A stretch of DNA of 64,000 nucleotides, taken from Desulfovibrio sp. (GTDB lineage: Bacteria; Desulfobacterota; Desulfovibrionia; Desulfovibrionales; Desulfovibrionaceae). A model generated the notes under the pieces. It searched no databases. It was not told the origin of the DNA and worked only from the letters and a program-made list of their open reading frames with translations. Within the stretch, counting starts at the first letter, position 1. Every line of letters begins with the position of its first letter. Shown here in pieces: positions 53,501 to 61,667 of the stretch. The stretch spans positions 17,788 to 81,787 of the forward strand of contig NZ_JAGZUV010000011.1 in the NCBI RefSeq assembly GCF_018379785.1, given 5' to 3'. The position numbers were made by a program, and so were the translations under genes.

Positions 53501-53923
53501 AGTGCTTTGGTTGGTGGATCTGGTGTAGACTCTCTGACTGTGGGTGGTGCAACTGCTGCTATCACTAAGGGCGTATTGGAATATAGCATGACCGGCGGTG
53601 CCGGAATTGATACGTTCAACGTAGTTGCGGCTGTTACCACTGGGATTAATCATGTTACGATTACCGACTATGAAAGCGGCATCGACATTCTGAAAGGATT
53701 TTCCGGTGAGGATAGCTATAGCAATGCTAATGACGCCGCTGCTGCCCTGCAAACCTTCTTGGGTGGTACGATTTCAGCAAGCGACATTCAGTACACGGTA
53801 GGTAACGAAGCAATTGTTTATAATGGCAATACCTATCTGCTGAGTGTCGATACGGCGGCTGATGTGACAAGCATAGTCGAACTTCACGGAGTTCAAGACC
53901 TGGATGCGTCGATTAGCGCTTAA
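50519..53923 (+). CDS. giant secreted surface protein, paralog 2 (putative S-layer/array protein; T1SS substrate candidate)
   Basis: 1134 aa, MAVEIPTWFEEKNYLNNK...; same triple N-terminal repeat module as paralog 1, Gly/Thr/Asp-rich body, no signal peptide, C-terminal ...DYESGIDILKGF... T1SS-like target domain; GGAGG RBS. Confidence 0.7.
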   Translation: MAVEIPTWFEEKNYLNNKAVQLNATKFNDKTDWTADSALAAIEAAGMSAYEHFVAYGNVENISPNPMFNVAEYLAAKAAQLNSDPDEPKSDWTEADVLAAFNDAGLTAWDHYTQYGMYEGINPSNQFDASAYFTAKLAQLQAAEPDKGWTEESMLDAFKEAGLNPLEHYAQYGKDEGLSVPPVPSDERVVTDFDPYTPSNPGETFTLTTGTDHITGTANDDVVNGVASSLTADRTLNSEDVIDGAEGNDTLNVAMQGNFSGFTTGSMTNVEKVVLTNEGNIARSFSAKGIDGVNTWTLNDTGAAVNLTDLSAAGATVNVQGLKAGPTSIGFTADAVKGDNDSLTLGLNNVGTAKDGDTAAKHVAITANGIENLAVKATDDNYVDLSAAASKTVTVSGSGNLDVNNVAAGMTSFDTSALSGNVTADLHAATGLAIVKGGSGDDTITVTNLAANAVIEGGAGNDSLILQGVTSTLQPTMSGFENITADGGTLTLSGKNMSDFNSLTVKNGAQVTLANMDASAFTVTASGSTAGSVLLSDATALTYNTVSSKTDKTSDSISTTVTASKATSATVNVGEYTEVNGTLNFGAAVDVAVNVASGLGSDGKTEMTSFGGTLTANKAQSFTVNAEGLLEVSTFNVDAASSVLVDAAQGSTGVVKIQASKATDVSITAGSAMAITGSSFSSAQNVTLAANKGHLSGGVALDAVNQLTLSGADAASQMTLGVLGSSTQEYGITVDASGLKGGLVLGNTDAGTGDVALNLVDVTGAAVVGTVDGNNVTIHAAQLGTTTLGAITATGDVNIDAMGVLGGNAAAAAFTAGAIVADKAITVNFDGSSDMAFGALTADTVNLDASGYLGAITNSNGAVVDAAIGMITADTVVIKGSEIGANTFGSAANTDNFITADTLTYTGGLDVDTVYLTGKSGPDMNVRLDTGAGNDIASLTAISSTTKITVTGDMGGDNGDAIKVDGSASTNEININLSGLTGYSTSDLSAKAAGSALVGGSGVDSLTVGGATAAITKGVLEYSMTGGAGIDTFNVVAAVTTGINHVTITDYESGIDILKGFSGEDSYSNANDAAAALQTFLGGTISASDIQYTVGNEAIVYNGNTYLLSVDTAADVTSIVELHGVQDLDASISA

Positions 53924-53951
53924 GCTTCTTTAAATTCAACTCCTAACGCAA

Positions 53952-53986
53952 GGCCCCGCCCCCCATCGGGGGCGGGGCCTCTTTTT
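53952..53986 (+). terminator. rho-independent terminator downstream of giant paralog 2
   Basis: GGCCCCGCCCCccatcGGGGGCGGGGCCtcttttt. Confidence 0.8.
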
Positions 53987-54035
53987 CCGCACTCCGCATC
54001 CGCCGTCACGCGGCGTCCCTTCCGGGAGATCCGTC

Positions 54036-54950
54036 ATGTCCGCTCCCGTTGTTACGGTCATAGTGCCCAGCTACAACTACGCCCGCTACTTGCCGGGCGC
54101 GCTGCGCGGCGTGCTGGGCCAGAGCATGGCGGATTTCGAGCTGCTGCTGGTGGAAGACGGTTCCACGGATCAATCCCCGGCCGTGGCCCGGAGCTTTGCC
54201 GCGCGCGACTCCAGAGTGCGCCTGCTGACCCATGCGGACGGCAGAAATCACGGCCTGCCCGCCGCCCTGGCTCTGGCGCTGGCAGAAGCAAGGGGCCGCT
54301 GGACGGCCTTTCTGGAGGCCGACGACCTCTGGCATCCCCTGTGTCTGGAACGCCGTCTGGAAACAGCGGAAAAAAACAACGCGGGCGTGGTCTGCAACGA
54401 CATTGCGCCCTTTGCCATGCCCGGCGCCGATATGGCCTGGTTTGAGGGCTATGTGCCGCGCGTCATGCGCTGGCATGCCCGGCTTGCCCCGGCGCACTGC
54501 GATGTGCGCCCCTTTCTGCTGGAAAACAAAATTCCCACCTTTTCCTGCGCCATGGCCAGAACCGGCCTGCTGTGCCACGTCTCCCTGCAAACGCCCGTGC
54601 CGCGCTGGCTGGACTGGTGGGTCTGGGCCCAGCTCGCCGCGCTCGCGCCCTTTGCCTTTGTGCCGGAAAAACTCACCCGCTGGCGGTTGCACCCCAAAAG
54701 CTGGCACCACAAGGTGGAACTCTTCAGCTACCTTGAGGAGTTCCGGCGCATGGGGCGCGGCTTCCGCCACCTGTTCGCCAGCGATCTGGCCCGCCGCGGG
54801 CAATGGGGCGCGCTGACCTTTCTGCTGCTGCCCGCCACAATACGCCTGGCCGCGCGTCTGGCATTGACGGCACGTGAGGACGGGCTTGTGCGCGCCTTGC
54901 AGCGTATTTCCGGGCGGCTGGACGTCTCCCGTTCCATCCGTAAACTCTGA
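54036..54950 (+). CDS. family-2 glycosyltransferase (copy 2 of inverted duplicated pair)
   Basis: MSAPVVTVIVPSYNYARYLPGALRGVLGQSMADFELLLVEDGSTDQS...; ~95% aa identity with 28559..29476. Confidence 0.85.
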   Translation: MSAPVVTVIVPSYNYARYLPGALRGVLGQSMADFELLLVEDGSTDQSPAVARSFAARDSRVRLLTHADGRNHGLPAALALALAEARGRWTAFLEADDLWHPLCLERRLETAEKNNAGVVCNDIAPFAMPGADMAWFEGYVPRVMRWHARLAPAHCDVRPFLLENKIPTFSCAMARTGLLCHVSLQTPVPRWLDWWVWAQLAALAPFAFVPEKLTRWRLHPKSWHHKVELFSYLEEFRRMGRGFRHLFASDLARRGQWGALTFLLLPATIRLAARLALTAREDGLVRALQRISGRLDVSRSIRKL

Positions 54951-55012
54951 AAAATTTTGCGCCGGGTCTGCCGCCGGAGTGCTTCTGGCTGTCTTGCCCG
55001 CAGTGTGGACAG

Positions 55013-55405
55013 ATGAAGAACCCATCCTCCAAATGCCTGCTGGAATCCGCCCTGGACATCCTGCGCGCGGCCGCCTCGGGCAAGCCCTTCGCCAATCAGG
55101 CGCAGCTGGCCCGCGCCACAGGAGAATCCGAAGCCAATATTTCCCGTTGGCTCAACGGACCTGCCACGCCGAACCTGCGCAAACTGGAGTCCGTCTTGTC
55201 CTCCCTGGGCATGCCTTTTGTTCTGCCCGACGCAAGAAGCGGCCATCGGAGACATGCGCCCTGCCGCCGGACCAGCGGAAAATCCGGACAAGCACACGTC
55301 CACCCCTGTTCCGGAAAAAGAATACGCAGGCAAGGGCTCTCAGGCCCTGGCGTGGCAACGCTGATACGATTGGTGATCGTGGTGATACAAAAAGACAAAA
55401 AATAG
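55013..55405 (+). CDS. small helix-turn-helix (Cro/XRE-like) protein, hypothetical
   Basis: 130 aa, ...KPFANQAQLARATGESEANISRWLNG... HTH-like segment; weak support. Confidence 0.35.
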   Translation: MKNPSSKCLLESALDILRAAASGKPFANQAQLARATGESEANISRWLNGPATPNLRKLESVLSSLGMPFVLPDARSGHRRHAPCRRTSGKSGQAHVHPCSGKRIRRQGLSGPGVATLIRLVIVVIQKDKK

Positions 55406-55683
55406 GGCGGCAGTGCCCACATTACCCTCTCTCACTTACCAATACGGCGCAAGCCCTCCGCACATGGGACTGTACCCGGAAACCTGAATTCCGCACTCCC
55501 GGCCATCGCGCAAGCCATGATGAAGCAACACAAAACAGGCTTCGCCGTGAAACTCGTTCAAAAAAGCCGCACCCGGCAGCGAACAGACAGCAACCCGAAA
55601 AGTAAAAGCCCCTCATGCAACCAAGGAAACAGGAGCATGCGGGGTTTTATGAACGGCTTGTGTATCAAGCGGGTATGGCTTCT

Positions 55684-55766
55684 GGTGCGAGAGGGGGGAT
55701 TTGAACCCCCATACCTAGGGTGCTGGATTCTAAGTCCAGTGCGTCTACCAGTTCCGCCACTCTCGC
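55684..55766 (-). tRNA. tRNA-Leu (anticodon TAG)
   Basis: Reverse complement GCGAGAGTGGCGGAACTGGTAGACGCACTGGACTTAGAATCCAG...GGGGGTTCAAATCCCCCCTCTCGCACCA: 7-bp acceptor stem, long variable arm, anticodon loop CTTAGAA, encoded CCA. Confidence 0.85.
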
Positions 55767-56182
55767 AAAGATATTTTTATATCTCATTTGCGGGCGAGCC
55801 GCAAGCTGCGCTATCTGCCTTGTCAAGGCAGCCGCATCCAAAAAGCCTTTATTCCCCAATAGATCGCGGAACAAACAAAAAGTGGCGAAGCCACCTTTGC
55901 TCCGGCGGAGCAAAGGGCAGGCGGATGGCTGGTGCCGGGAGAATCCCGGAAAATAAGATTTTTGCGTGCTGGCAAGGAAAATGGCGCTTTTTGCGCGGAA
56001 ACCGACCGGAAGGCGGCCCAAAGGGCCGTGCCCGTTGGCGAGCAAAGCGAGCCTTACGGGCATCGAGAGCAGAGCTGTACTCACGTACATGAGCAGCAAA
56101 CAGCGTCGGCTGGCGCAGCCAGCACACAACAGGCTGTTTTGACGGATCATCACGGCAAATAAGAAGCCTGCAAAGACTGAAA

Positions 56183-56199
56183 TGAGATGCGTCTGCCCT
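56183..56199. repeat. solo copy of the MITE-like terminal repeat (AGATGCGTCTGCCCT)
   Basis: Matches the terminus of the 19411..19521 element; lies ~60 bp downstream of selD stop. Confidence 0.45.
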
Positions 56200-56255
56200 G
56201 TCTGCCTCGTGGAAAGCAAAGTCTGCACGCCGTGACGCGCGCCGCCCCAATTCCC

Positions 56256-57314
56256 TCAGCGCAACAGCAAGGCCTTGCCGTCGGTCCTCGGTGGAAGCAC
56301 TTCGCCCACCTCCCGGGCCAGGTCGCCACCGCTCTCCAGCATGTCCCGCACCGGGCCCAGCAAGTCCGGAGGCACGGCCAGCAGCAAACCGCCTGAAGTC
56401 TGGGCGTCAAAAGTCACGCTCTCAAGAGCCTCATCCACGCCCGGCTCCACCAGGGTGGAACAGGCCCAGTGCTTGCGGTTCAGATGGCTGCCCGCCGGAA
56501 TCAGTCCGTCACGCGCGTATTCCAGCACACGGGGCAAAAGGGGCAGAGCCGCCGTATCCAGAGCCACACAGGCATTTGAGGCCAGGGCCATTTCCAGGGC
56601 ATGGCCGCCCAGGCCGAAACCGGTGATATCCGTGGCGGCGGGCAGATGGAACGCACGGATGACCGCGCCGCCCACCTTGTTCAGTCGTCCGCAGCAGCGG
56701 ATCAGTTCGGCCTCGCTTTCCGCCGCGCCCTCCCAGCGGGCCTTGACCGCCGTGGCAAGAATGCCGGTGCCCAGCGCCTTGGTCAGCAGGAGGCACTGTC
56801 CCGGCCTGAGCCCGTCGTTCACCGCAATATGCGCCGGATCGATAATGCCCGTCACGGCCAGACCATATTTCAATTCGTCGTCCTGCACGGTATGGCCGCC
56901 GGCCAGCACGGCTCCGGCCTCCAGCAGGGCGTCCTGGCCGCCGCGCAAAATGTTGGTCAGAGCTTGCTCGGGATCATCTTCCGCCAACGCTTGGGGAAAA
57001 CAGGCCACGTTCATGGCGCACCAGGGTTCGCCCCCAAGAGCGTAGACATCGGACAAAGCATTGGCCGCCGCGATGCGGCCAAAGGCGAACGCGTCATTGA
57101 CGATGGGCGCGAGGATGTCCACGGTCTGCACCAGGGCCTTGCCCGGCGGCACGGAGAGCACCACGGCGTCCTCATTGCGAGCGCGGCCAGCCAGCACTCT
57201 GGCTTCCAATTCGGGGGGAGTTACGGGCGCAAGGCCGCGCAAAAGCCGCTCCAGGGCCCCTGGAGCCAACTTGGCCGCTCAGCCTGGGGCGCGGGCTTTT
57301 TCCAACAGTTTCAT
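56256..57314 (-). CDS. selD: selenophosphate synthetase (selenide, water dikinase), selenocysteine-containing: in-frame TGA at 57279..57281
   Basis: ORF track starts at TTG 57269, but reading upstream in frame gives MKLLEKARAPG-U-AAKLAPGALERLL..., aligning with the SelD motif GAG(C/U)GCK..P..LE.IL; body ...FGRIAAANALSDVYALGG...TDITGFGLGGHALEMA is canonical SelD; stable hairpin GCUCCAGGggcCCUGGAGC begins ~13 nt after the TGA (SECIS-like). Confidence 0.75.
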
Positions 57315-57590
57315 CTTCAAATTTCCGTTAGAGCATTTCACAATGAACAATCAGCCACGTTCACTCCAAGGATGCGGCTTGTTCAAGCTACGGGAAATTT
57401 TACACTCTGCCAAGAAGGAGGCTGCAACACCGCTTTCCCGGTCCGCACGCCCTGCCCCCCCGAGCGGCCGGTCCCGCACGCCGCGCGCCTACAGCGCAAC
57501 CCATGAAAACAGGCAAAAAGCCCTGCCTGAAAGAGCATAAAAAAGGGAGTCCGAAGACTCCCCTTTTGCAAAAGCTGCTGTGCTTGCGCG

Positions 57591-58103
57591 CTATTCGGCG
57601 GCGCCTGCTTCCTGCGCGGTCCCTTCCTCAGCCTTAGGCTTGCGGGTGCGCTTGGGTTTGGCGGCCGCATCCCCGGCCGGAGTGGCGTCAGCGGCTTTGA
57701 CCGCCTTCTTGTCCTTGCCCGCCTTGGCGTCCGCAACCGGCTCGGCCGCACGGGACAACTCGATAACAGCCATGGGGGCATTGTCGCCCTTACGCGGCAT
57801 GGCCAGTTTGAGCACGCGGGTGTAGCCGCCCGGCACGCCGGCAAACAGCGGGCCGATTTCATCAAAAAGACGCTTGACCAGGGCGTGGTCGTTGAGCACC
57901 CGGTAGGCCAGACGGCGAGAGTGCAGATCGTTGCGCTTGGCCAGCGTGATCAGGGGTTCCACCACCCGGCGCAATTCCTTAGCCTTCATCTCCGTGGTGC
58001 GGATTTTGCCGTGGATCAGAAGCGCCTTGGCGAGATTGTGCAACAGGGCCTTACGGTGCGCGGGCGTGCGCGAGAGTTTCCTGCCGGAATTGCTATGCCT
58101 CAT
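57591..58103 (-). CDS. rplQ: 50S ribosomal protein L17 (with Ala/Lys-rich C-terminal extension)
   Basis: [56 protein letters not shown]... Confidence 0.9.
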   Translation of the reverse strand: MRHSNSGRKLSRTPAHRKALLHNLAKALLIHGKIRTTEMKAKELRRVVEPLITLAKRNDLHSRRLAYRVLNDHALVKRLFDEIGPLFAGVPGGYTRVLKLAMPRKGDNAPMAVIELSRAAEPVADAKAGKDKKAVKAADATPAGDAAAKPKRTRKPKAEEGTAQEAGAAE

Positions 58104-59136
58104 TTTGCTGCTTCCTTTTCCATTCCTGATATTTCTTGTCGAAGCCGTCGACCTTCATACCAAAGTCAAGGCCCATGTCCAGAAGAACACTTTTGATTTC
58201 GTCCAGCGACTTGCGTCCGAAATTCTTGGTTTTGAGCATCTCGCCTTCGGAGCGCTGCACCAGTTCGCCCACCAGAGCGATATTGGCACTACGCAGGCAG
58301 TTGGTGGCGCGCACGGAGAGCTCAAGATCGTCAATGCTCTTGAACAGATGCTCGTTCACCTCGCCGCCGTCACTGCTGCCCAGACGCATATCGCCGGAAA
58401 CGCGCTCATCAAAATTGATAAAGACCGAAATCTGGTCCTTGATGATCTTGGCGCTGTAGGCAATGGCATCCTCTGGCGTGAGCGAGCCGTCGGTCCAGAC
58501 TTCCAGCAGCAGGCGGTCATAGTTGGTCATCTGGCCCACGCGGGCCTGTTCGACCGTATACGCCACCTTGCGCACCGGAGAAAAACTGGAATCCAGCTTG
58601 ATCAGACCGATTTCCTCGGACAGACCTTCGTGCATGTCGGCGGGCACATAGCCCTTGCCCATACGCGCTTCCAGCTCCATTTCCAGCACGACATCCTCGG
58701 TGAGGGTGGCGATGTGCAACTCGGGGTTGAGCACCTCCACATGCTGGTTGGTCTGGATCTGGGCGGCCGTCACCGGGCCCTTCCGGTCCACGCGCAGAAC
58801 CAGGCGCTGGGGCTCGTCCGAGTCCAGGCGCAGACGGACCTGCTTGAGATTCAGGATGACGTCGGTAACGTCCTCCAGCACGCCGTGGATGGTGGTAAAC
58901 TCATGCTGCACGCCGGTGATTTTCACCGAGACAAAGGCCGCCCCTTGCAGGGAGGCCAGAAGGACGCGCCGCATGGCGTTGCCGATGGTGGTGCCGTAGC
59001 CCCGCTCCAAAGGCTCGCAAATAAACTTGCCGTGCGTGCCGCTGGCCGTCTCTTCCTCACGCAAAATCTGGTCGGGCTTCACGAGCTCCGACCAGTTGCG
59101 CGCATTGATAAGGCGTTCGCCTTGTTTAATAAGCAT
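58093..59136 (-). CDS. rpoA: DNA-directed RNA polymerase subunit alpha
   Basis: 347 aa, ...[25 protein letters not shown]...; C-terminal domain ...[21 protein letters not shown]... Confidence 0.95.
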   Translation of the reverse strand: MLIKQGERLINARNWSELVKPDQILREEETASGTHGKFICEPLERGYGTTIGNAMRRVLLASLQGAAFVSVKITGVQHEFTTIHGVLEDVTDVILNLKQVRLRLDSDEPQRLVLRVDRKGPVTAAQIQTNQHVEVLNPELHIATLTEDVVLEMELEARMGKGYVPADMHEGLSEEIGLIKLDSSFSPVRKVAYTVEQARVGQMTNYDRLLLEVWTDGSLTPEDAIAYSAKIIKDQISVFINFDERVSGDMRLGSSDGGEVNEHLFKSIDDLELSVRATNCLRSANIALVGELVQRSEGEMLKTKNFGRKSLDEIKSVLLDMGLDFGMKVDGFDKKYQEWKRKQQNEA

Positions 59137-59147
59137 GCGCCCCCCGC

Positions 59148-59774
59148 TTATTTCGAGTAAAGTTCGACAATCAACTGCTCGTTGACGGGGAACTGAATAT
59201 CATCGCGCTGCGGCAGGGCTTTCACGGTGCCCTTGAAAGCGGCACCGTCGGCTTCAAGCCAACCGGGGCAGCCGCGACGGGCGATCACTTCCTGGGCTTC
59301 GGCCAGAACGGGAATTTTACGATTCTTTTCGGGCACTTCCACAGAGTCCCCCACCTTCACTTGCAGGGAAGGAATGGTGACCTTGTGGCCGTTCAGGGCA
59401 AAGATGCCGTGACGCACCAGCTGGCGGGCCTGGTTGCGGGAGTTGGCAAAACCCAGACGGTACACCACGTTGTCCAGACGGCGCTCCAGAATAACCAGCA
59501 GGTTGGTGCCGGTGACGCCCTTCTGCATTTCGGCTTTTTCAAAGTAGCCGTGGAACTGGCGCTCCAGCACGCCGTAGGCGCGACGGGTCTTTTGCTTCTC
59601 CCGCAGCTGCACCGCGTATTCGCTGACCTTCTTCCGCGCGCGGCCATGCTGGCCGGGAGCGTAGGGACGGCGATCATAAGCGCACTTGTCGGTGAAGCAA
59701 CGATCACCTTTCAGGAACAGCTTGCAGCCCTCGCGGCGGCAGATGCGGCATTTGGCTTCAGTATATTTGGCCAT
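59148..59774 (-). CDS. rpsD: 30S ribosomal protein S4
   Basis: [26 protein letters not shown]... Confidence 0.95.
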   Translation of the reverse strand: MAKYTEAKCRICRREGCKLFLKGDRCFTDKCAYDRRPYAPGQHGRARKKVSEYAVQLREKQKTRRAYGVLERQFHGYFEKAEMQKGVTGTNLLVILERRLDNVVYRLGFANSRNQARQLVRHGIFALNGHKVTIPSLQVKVGDSVEVPEKNRKIPVLAEAQEVIARRGCPGWLEADGAAFKGTVKALPQRDDIQFPVNEQLIVELYSK

Positions 59775-59820
59775 GAATGAGTCCTCTTCGTTTGTACGGC
59801 GCTGCCCCGGCAGCGCGAAA

Positions 59821-60210
59821 CTAGACGCGGCGGCGCTTGGGCGGCCGGCAGCCGTTGTGCGGGATGGGCGTCACGTCACGAATGAAAGCCACCCGGAAAC
59901 CCACGGCGGCAATGGCGCGCATGGCGGCCTCACGACCGGAGCCGGGCCCCTTCACATAGACGCCCACGGTACGCATGCCGTTGTCCTGCGCCTTGCGGGC
60001 GGCGGTTTCAGCGGCCACCTGGGCGGCAAAGGGCGTGGACTTGCGCGAACCCTTGAAGCCGCTCTGGCCGGAAGAGGCCCAAGAGACAGCGTTGCCGCGC
60101 GTATCCGTAAAGGTGATGATGGTATTGTTGAACGAAGCCTGGATATGGGCAATGCCCACCGGGACGTTCTTCTTTTCCTTTTTCTTGACCGCTTTCTTGG
60201 GTCTGGCCAT
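59821..60210 (-). CDS. rpsK: 30S ribosomal protein S11
   Basis: [36 protein letters not shown]... Confidence 0.95.
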   Translation of the reverse strand: MARPKKAVKKKEKKNVPVGIAHIQASFNNTIITFTDTRGNAVSWASSGQSGFKGSRKSTPFAAQVAAETAARKAQDNGMRTVGVYVKGPGSGREAAMRAIAAVGFRVAFIRDVTPIPHNGCRPPKRRRV

Positions 60211-60253
60211 GACTATCCCTCAATCTGGCTAAAAAACGAGTAAATGAGCGCGC

Positions 60254-60622
60254 CTACTTTTTCTTGCCCACAGCGCCGCGGCGCGGTCCCTTGCGGGTGC
60301 GCGCGTTGGTGTGGGTGCGCTGGCCGTGCACGGGCAGGCCGCGACGATGACGCAGACCCCGGTAACAACCGATATCCATAAGCCGCTTGATATTGCTTGA
60401 AACTTCCCGGCGCAGATCGCCTTCCACCTTGAAGTTTTGTTCGAGCTCCTTGCGGATCTCGTTCACTTCGTCAGCTGAGAGGTCGTCAATGCTACGCTCC
60501 CAGTTGACGCCGGTGGAATCAAGGATCTTCAGGGCCGTCGTGCGGCCGATGCCGTAAATGTAGGTAAGCGCAATGTCCACCCGTTTGCCGCGCGGCAAAT
60601 CAACACCTGCTATTCTCGCCAC
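60254..60622 (-). CDS. rpsM: 30S ribosomal protein S13
   Basis: [26 protein letters not shown]... Confidence 0.95.
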   Translation of the reverse strand: MARIAGVDLPRGKRVDIALTYIYGIGRTTALKILDSTGVNWERSIDDLSADEVNEIRKELEQNFKVEGDLRREVSSNIKRLMDIGCYRGLRHRRGLPVHGQRTHTNARTRKGPRRGAVGKKK

Positions 60623-60637
60623 AATATGTCTCCTGCC

Positions 60638-60751
60638 CTAGCCCTGGCGCTGCTTGTGCCGGGGGTTTTCGCAGATAACTCGAAGCACTCCCTTGCGCCG
60701 GATCACTTTGCACTTGGGGCATATTTTCTTGACGGAAGGTCTGACTTTCAT
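60638..60751 (-). CDS. rpmJ: 50S ribosomal protein L36 (not in ORF track; 37 aa)
   Basis: Manual translation of reverse strand: [45 protein letters not shown]. Confidence 0.9.
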
Positions 60752-60857
60752 CGCATGTCTCCACTGATAGCCGTTTGGCCGTTGTGACGGCCCGTCCTGA
60801 CGGCCCCGGCTATTTCGGGGCAGGAACAGGCATCTTTATCTATCTTTGCCTATTCTG

Positions 60858-61652
60858 TCAACCATCAATTGTGTGCCGGTTCAGGCCGCGATCCGAAACA
60901 CTCAGGATTCTCGGCCCTTCCGGGGTGATCGCCACGCTGTGCTCAAAATGCGCGGCCCATTGGCCGTCCCGGGTCACAGCGGTCCATTTGTCCTCCAGGA
61001 TGTCCACTTCATAGCTCCCGACCGTGACCATGGGCTCAATGGCAATGACCATGCCGTTCTGCAGGGTCAGCCCATGCATGCCGGGCCTGAAGTTGGGCAC
61101 CTCCGGCTTTTCGTGCATCTTCGCACCCACGCCGTGGCCCACGAAACGACGCACCACATTGAAACCGGCGGCCTCCACATAGTCCTGCACGGCGGCGCCG
61201 ATGTCATAGACGTCGTTACCCGCCCGCGCTTTCTCAATGCCCACGTAGAGGCTTTCCTCGGTCACCCGCATCAGCCTGCGGGCCTCGTCGCTCACCTGCC
61301 CCACAGGGTAGGTACGGGCGGCGTCGCCCACAAAGCCCTCGAAGACCACTCCCATGTCGATGCTGACGATGTCCCCCTCCTGTAGCAGCCGCGCGGAGGG
61401 AAAGCCGTGCACCACCTGCTCGTTGACCGAGCAGCAGACGGCAAAGGGATAACCGCAGTAACCGAGAAAAGCCGGTTTCACCTTGTAGTCGGCGCACATG
61501 TCGCGCGCCAGTTCTTCCAGGCGCATGGTGGGAAGATCGGGCGCCACCATATCGCCCACGGCGTCAAGAATATTGGCGACCATGCGGTTGGCTTCACGCA
61601 GACAACCCACTTCCCGCTCATTTTTAATGAATGCGCCGTGATATTTTTTCAT
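60858..61652 (-). CDS. map: type I methionine aminopeptidase
   Basis: 264 aa, ...GYCGYPFAVCCSVNEQVVHGFP...metal-binding D/H/E residues in conserved context. Confidence 0.9.
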   Translation of the reverse strand: MKKYHGAFIKNEREVGCLREANRMVANILDAVGDMVAPDLPTMRLEELARDMCADYKVKPAFLGYCGYPFAVCCSVNEQVVHGFPSARLLQEGDIVSIDMGVVFEGFVGDAARTYPVGQVSDEARRLMRVTEESLYVGIEKARAGNDVYDIGAAVQDYVEAAGFNVVRRFVGHGVGAKMHEKPEVPNFRPGMHGLTLQNGMVIAIEPMVTVGSYEVDILEDKWTAVTRDGQWAAHFEHSVAITPEGPRILSVSDRGLNRHTIDG

Positions 61653-61667
61653 GCTCCACGCCCCGCG

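Noticed and set aside
54724-55333. ORFs on the minus strand overlapping the second GT2 copy and the HTH gene
   Set aside because: Mirror the spurious antisense ORFs seen opposite the first GT2 copy; no independent support
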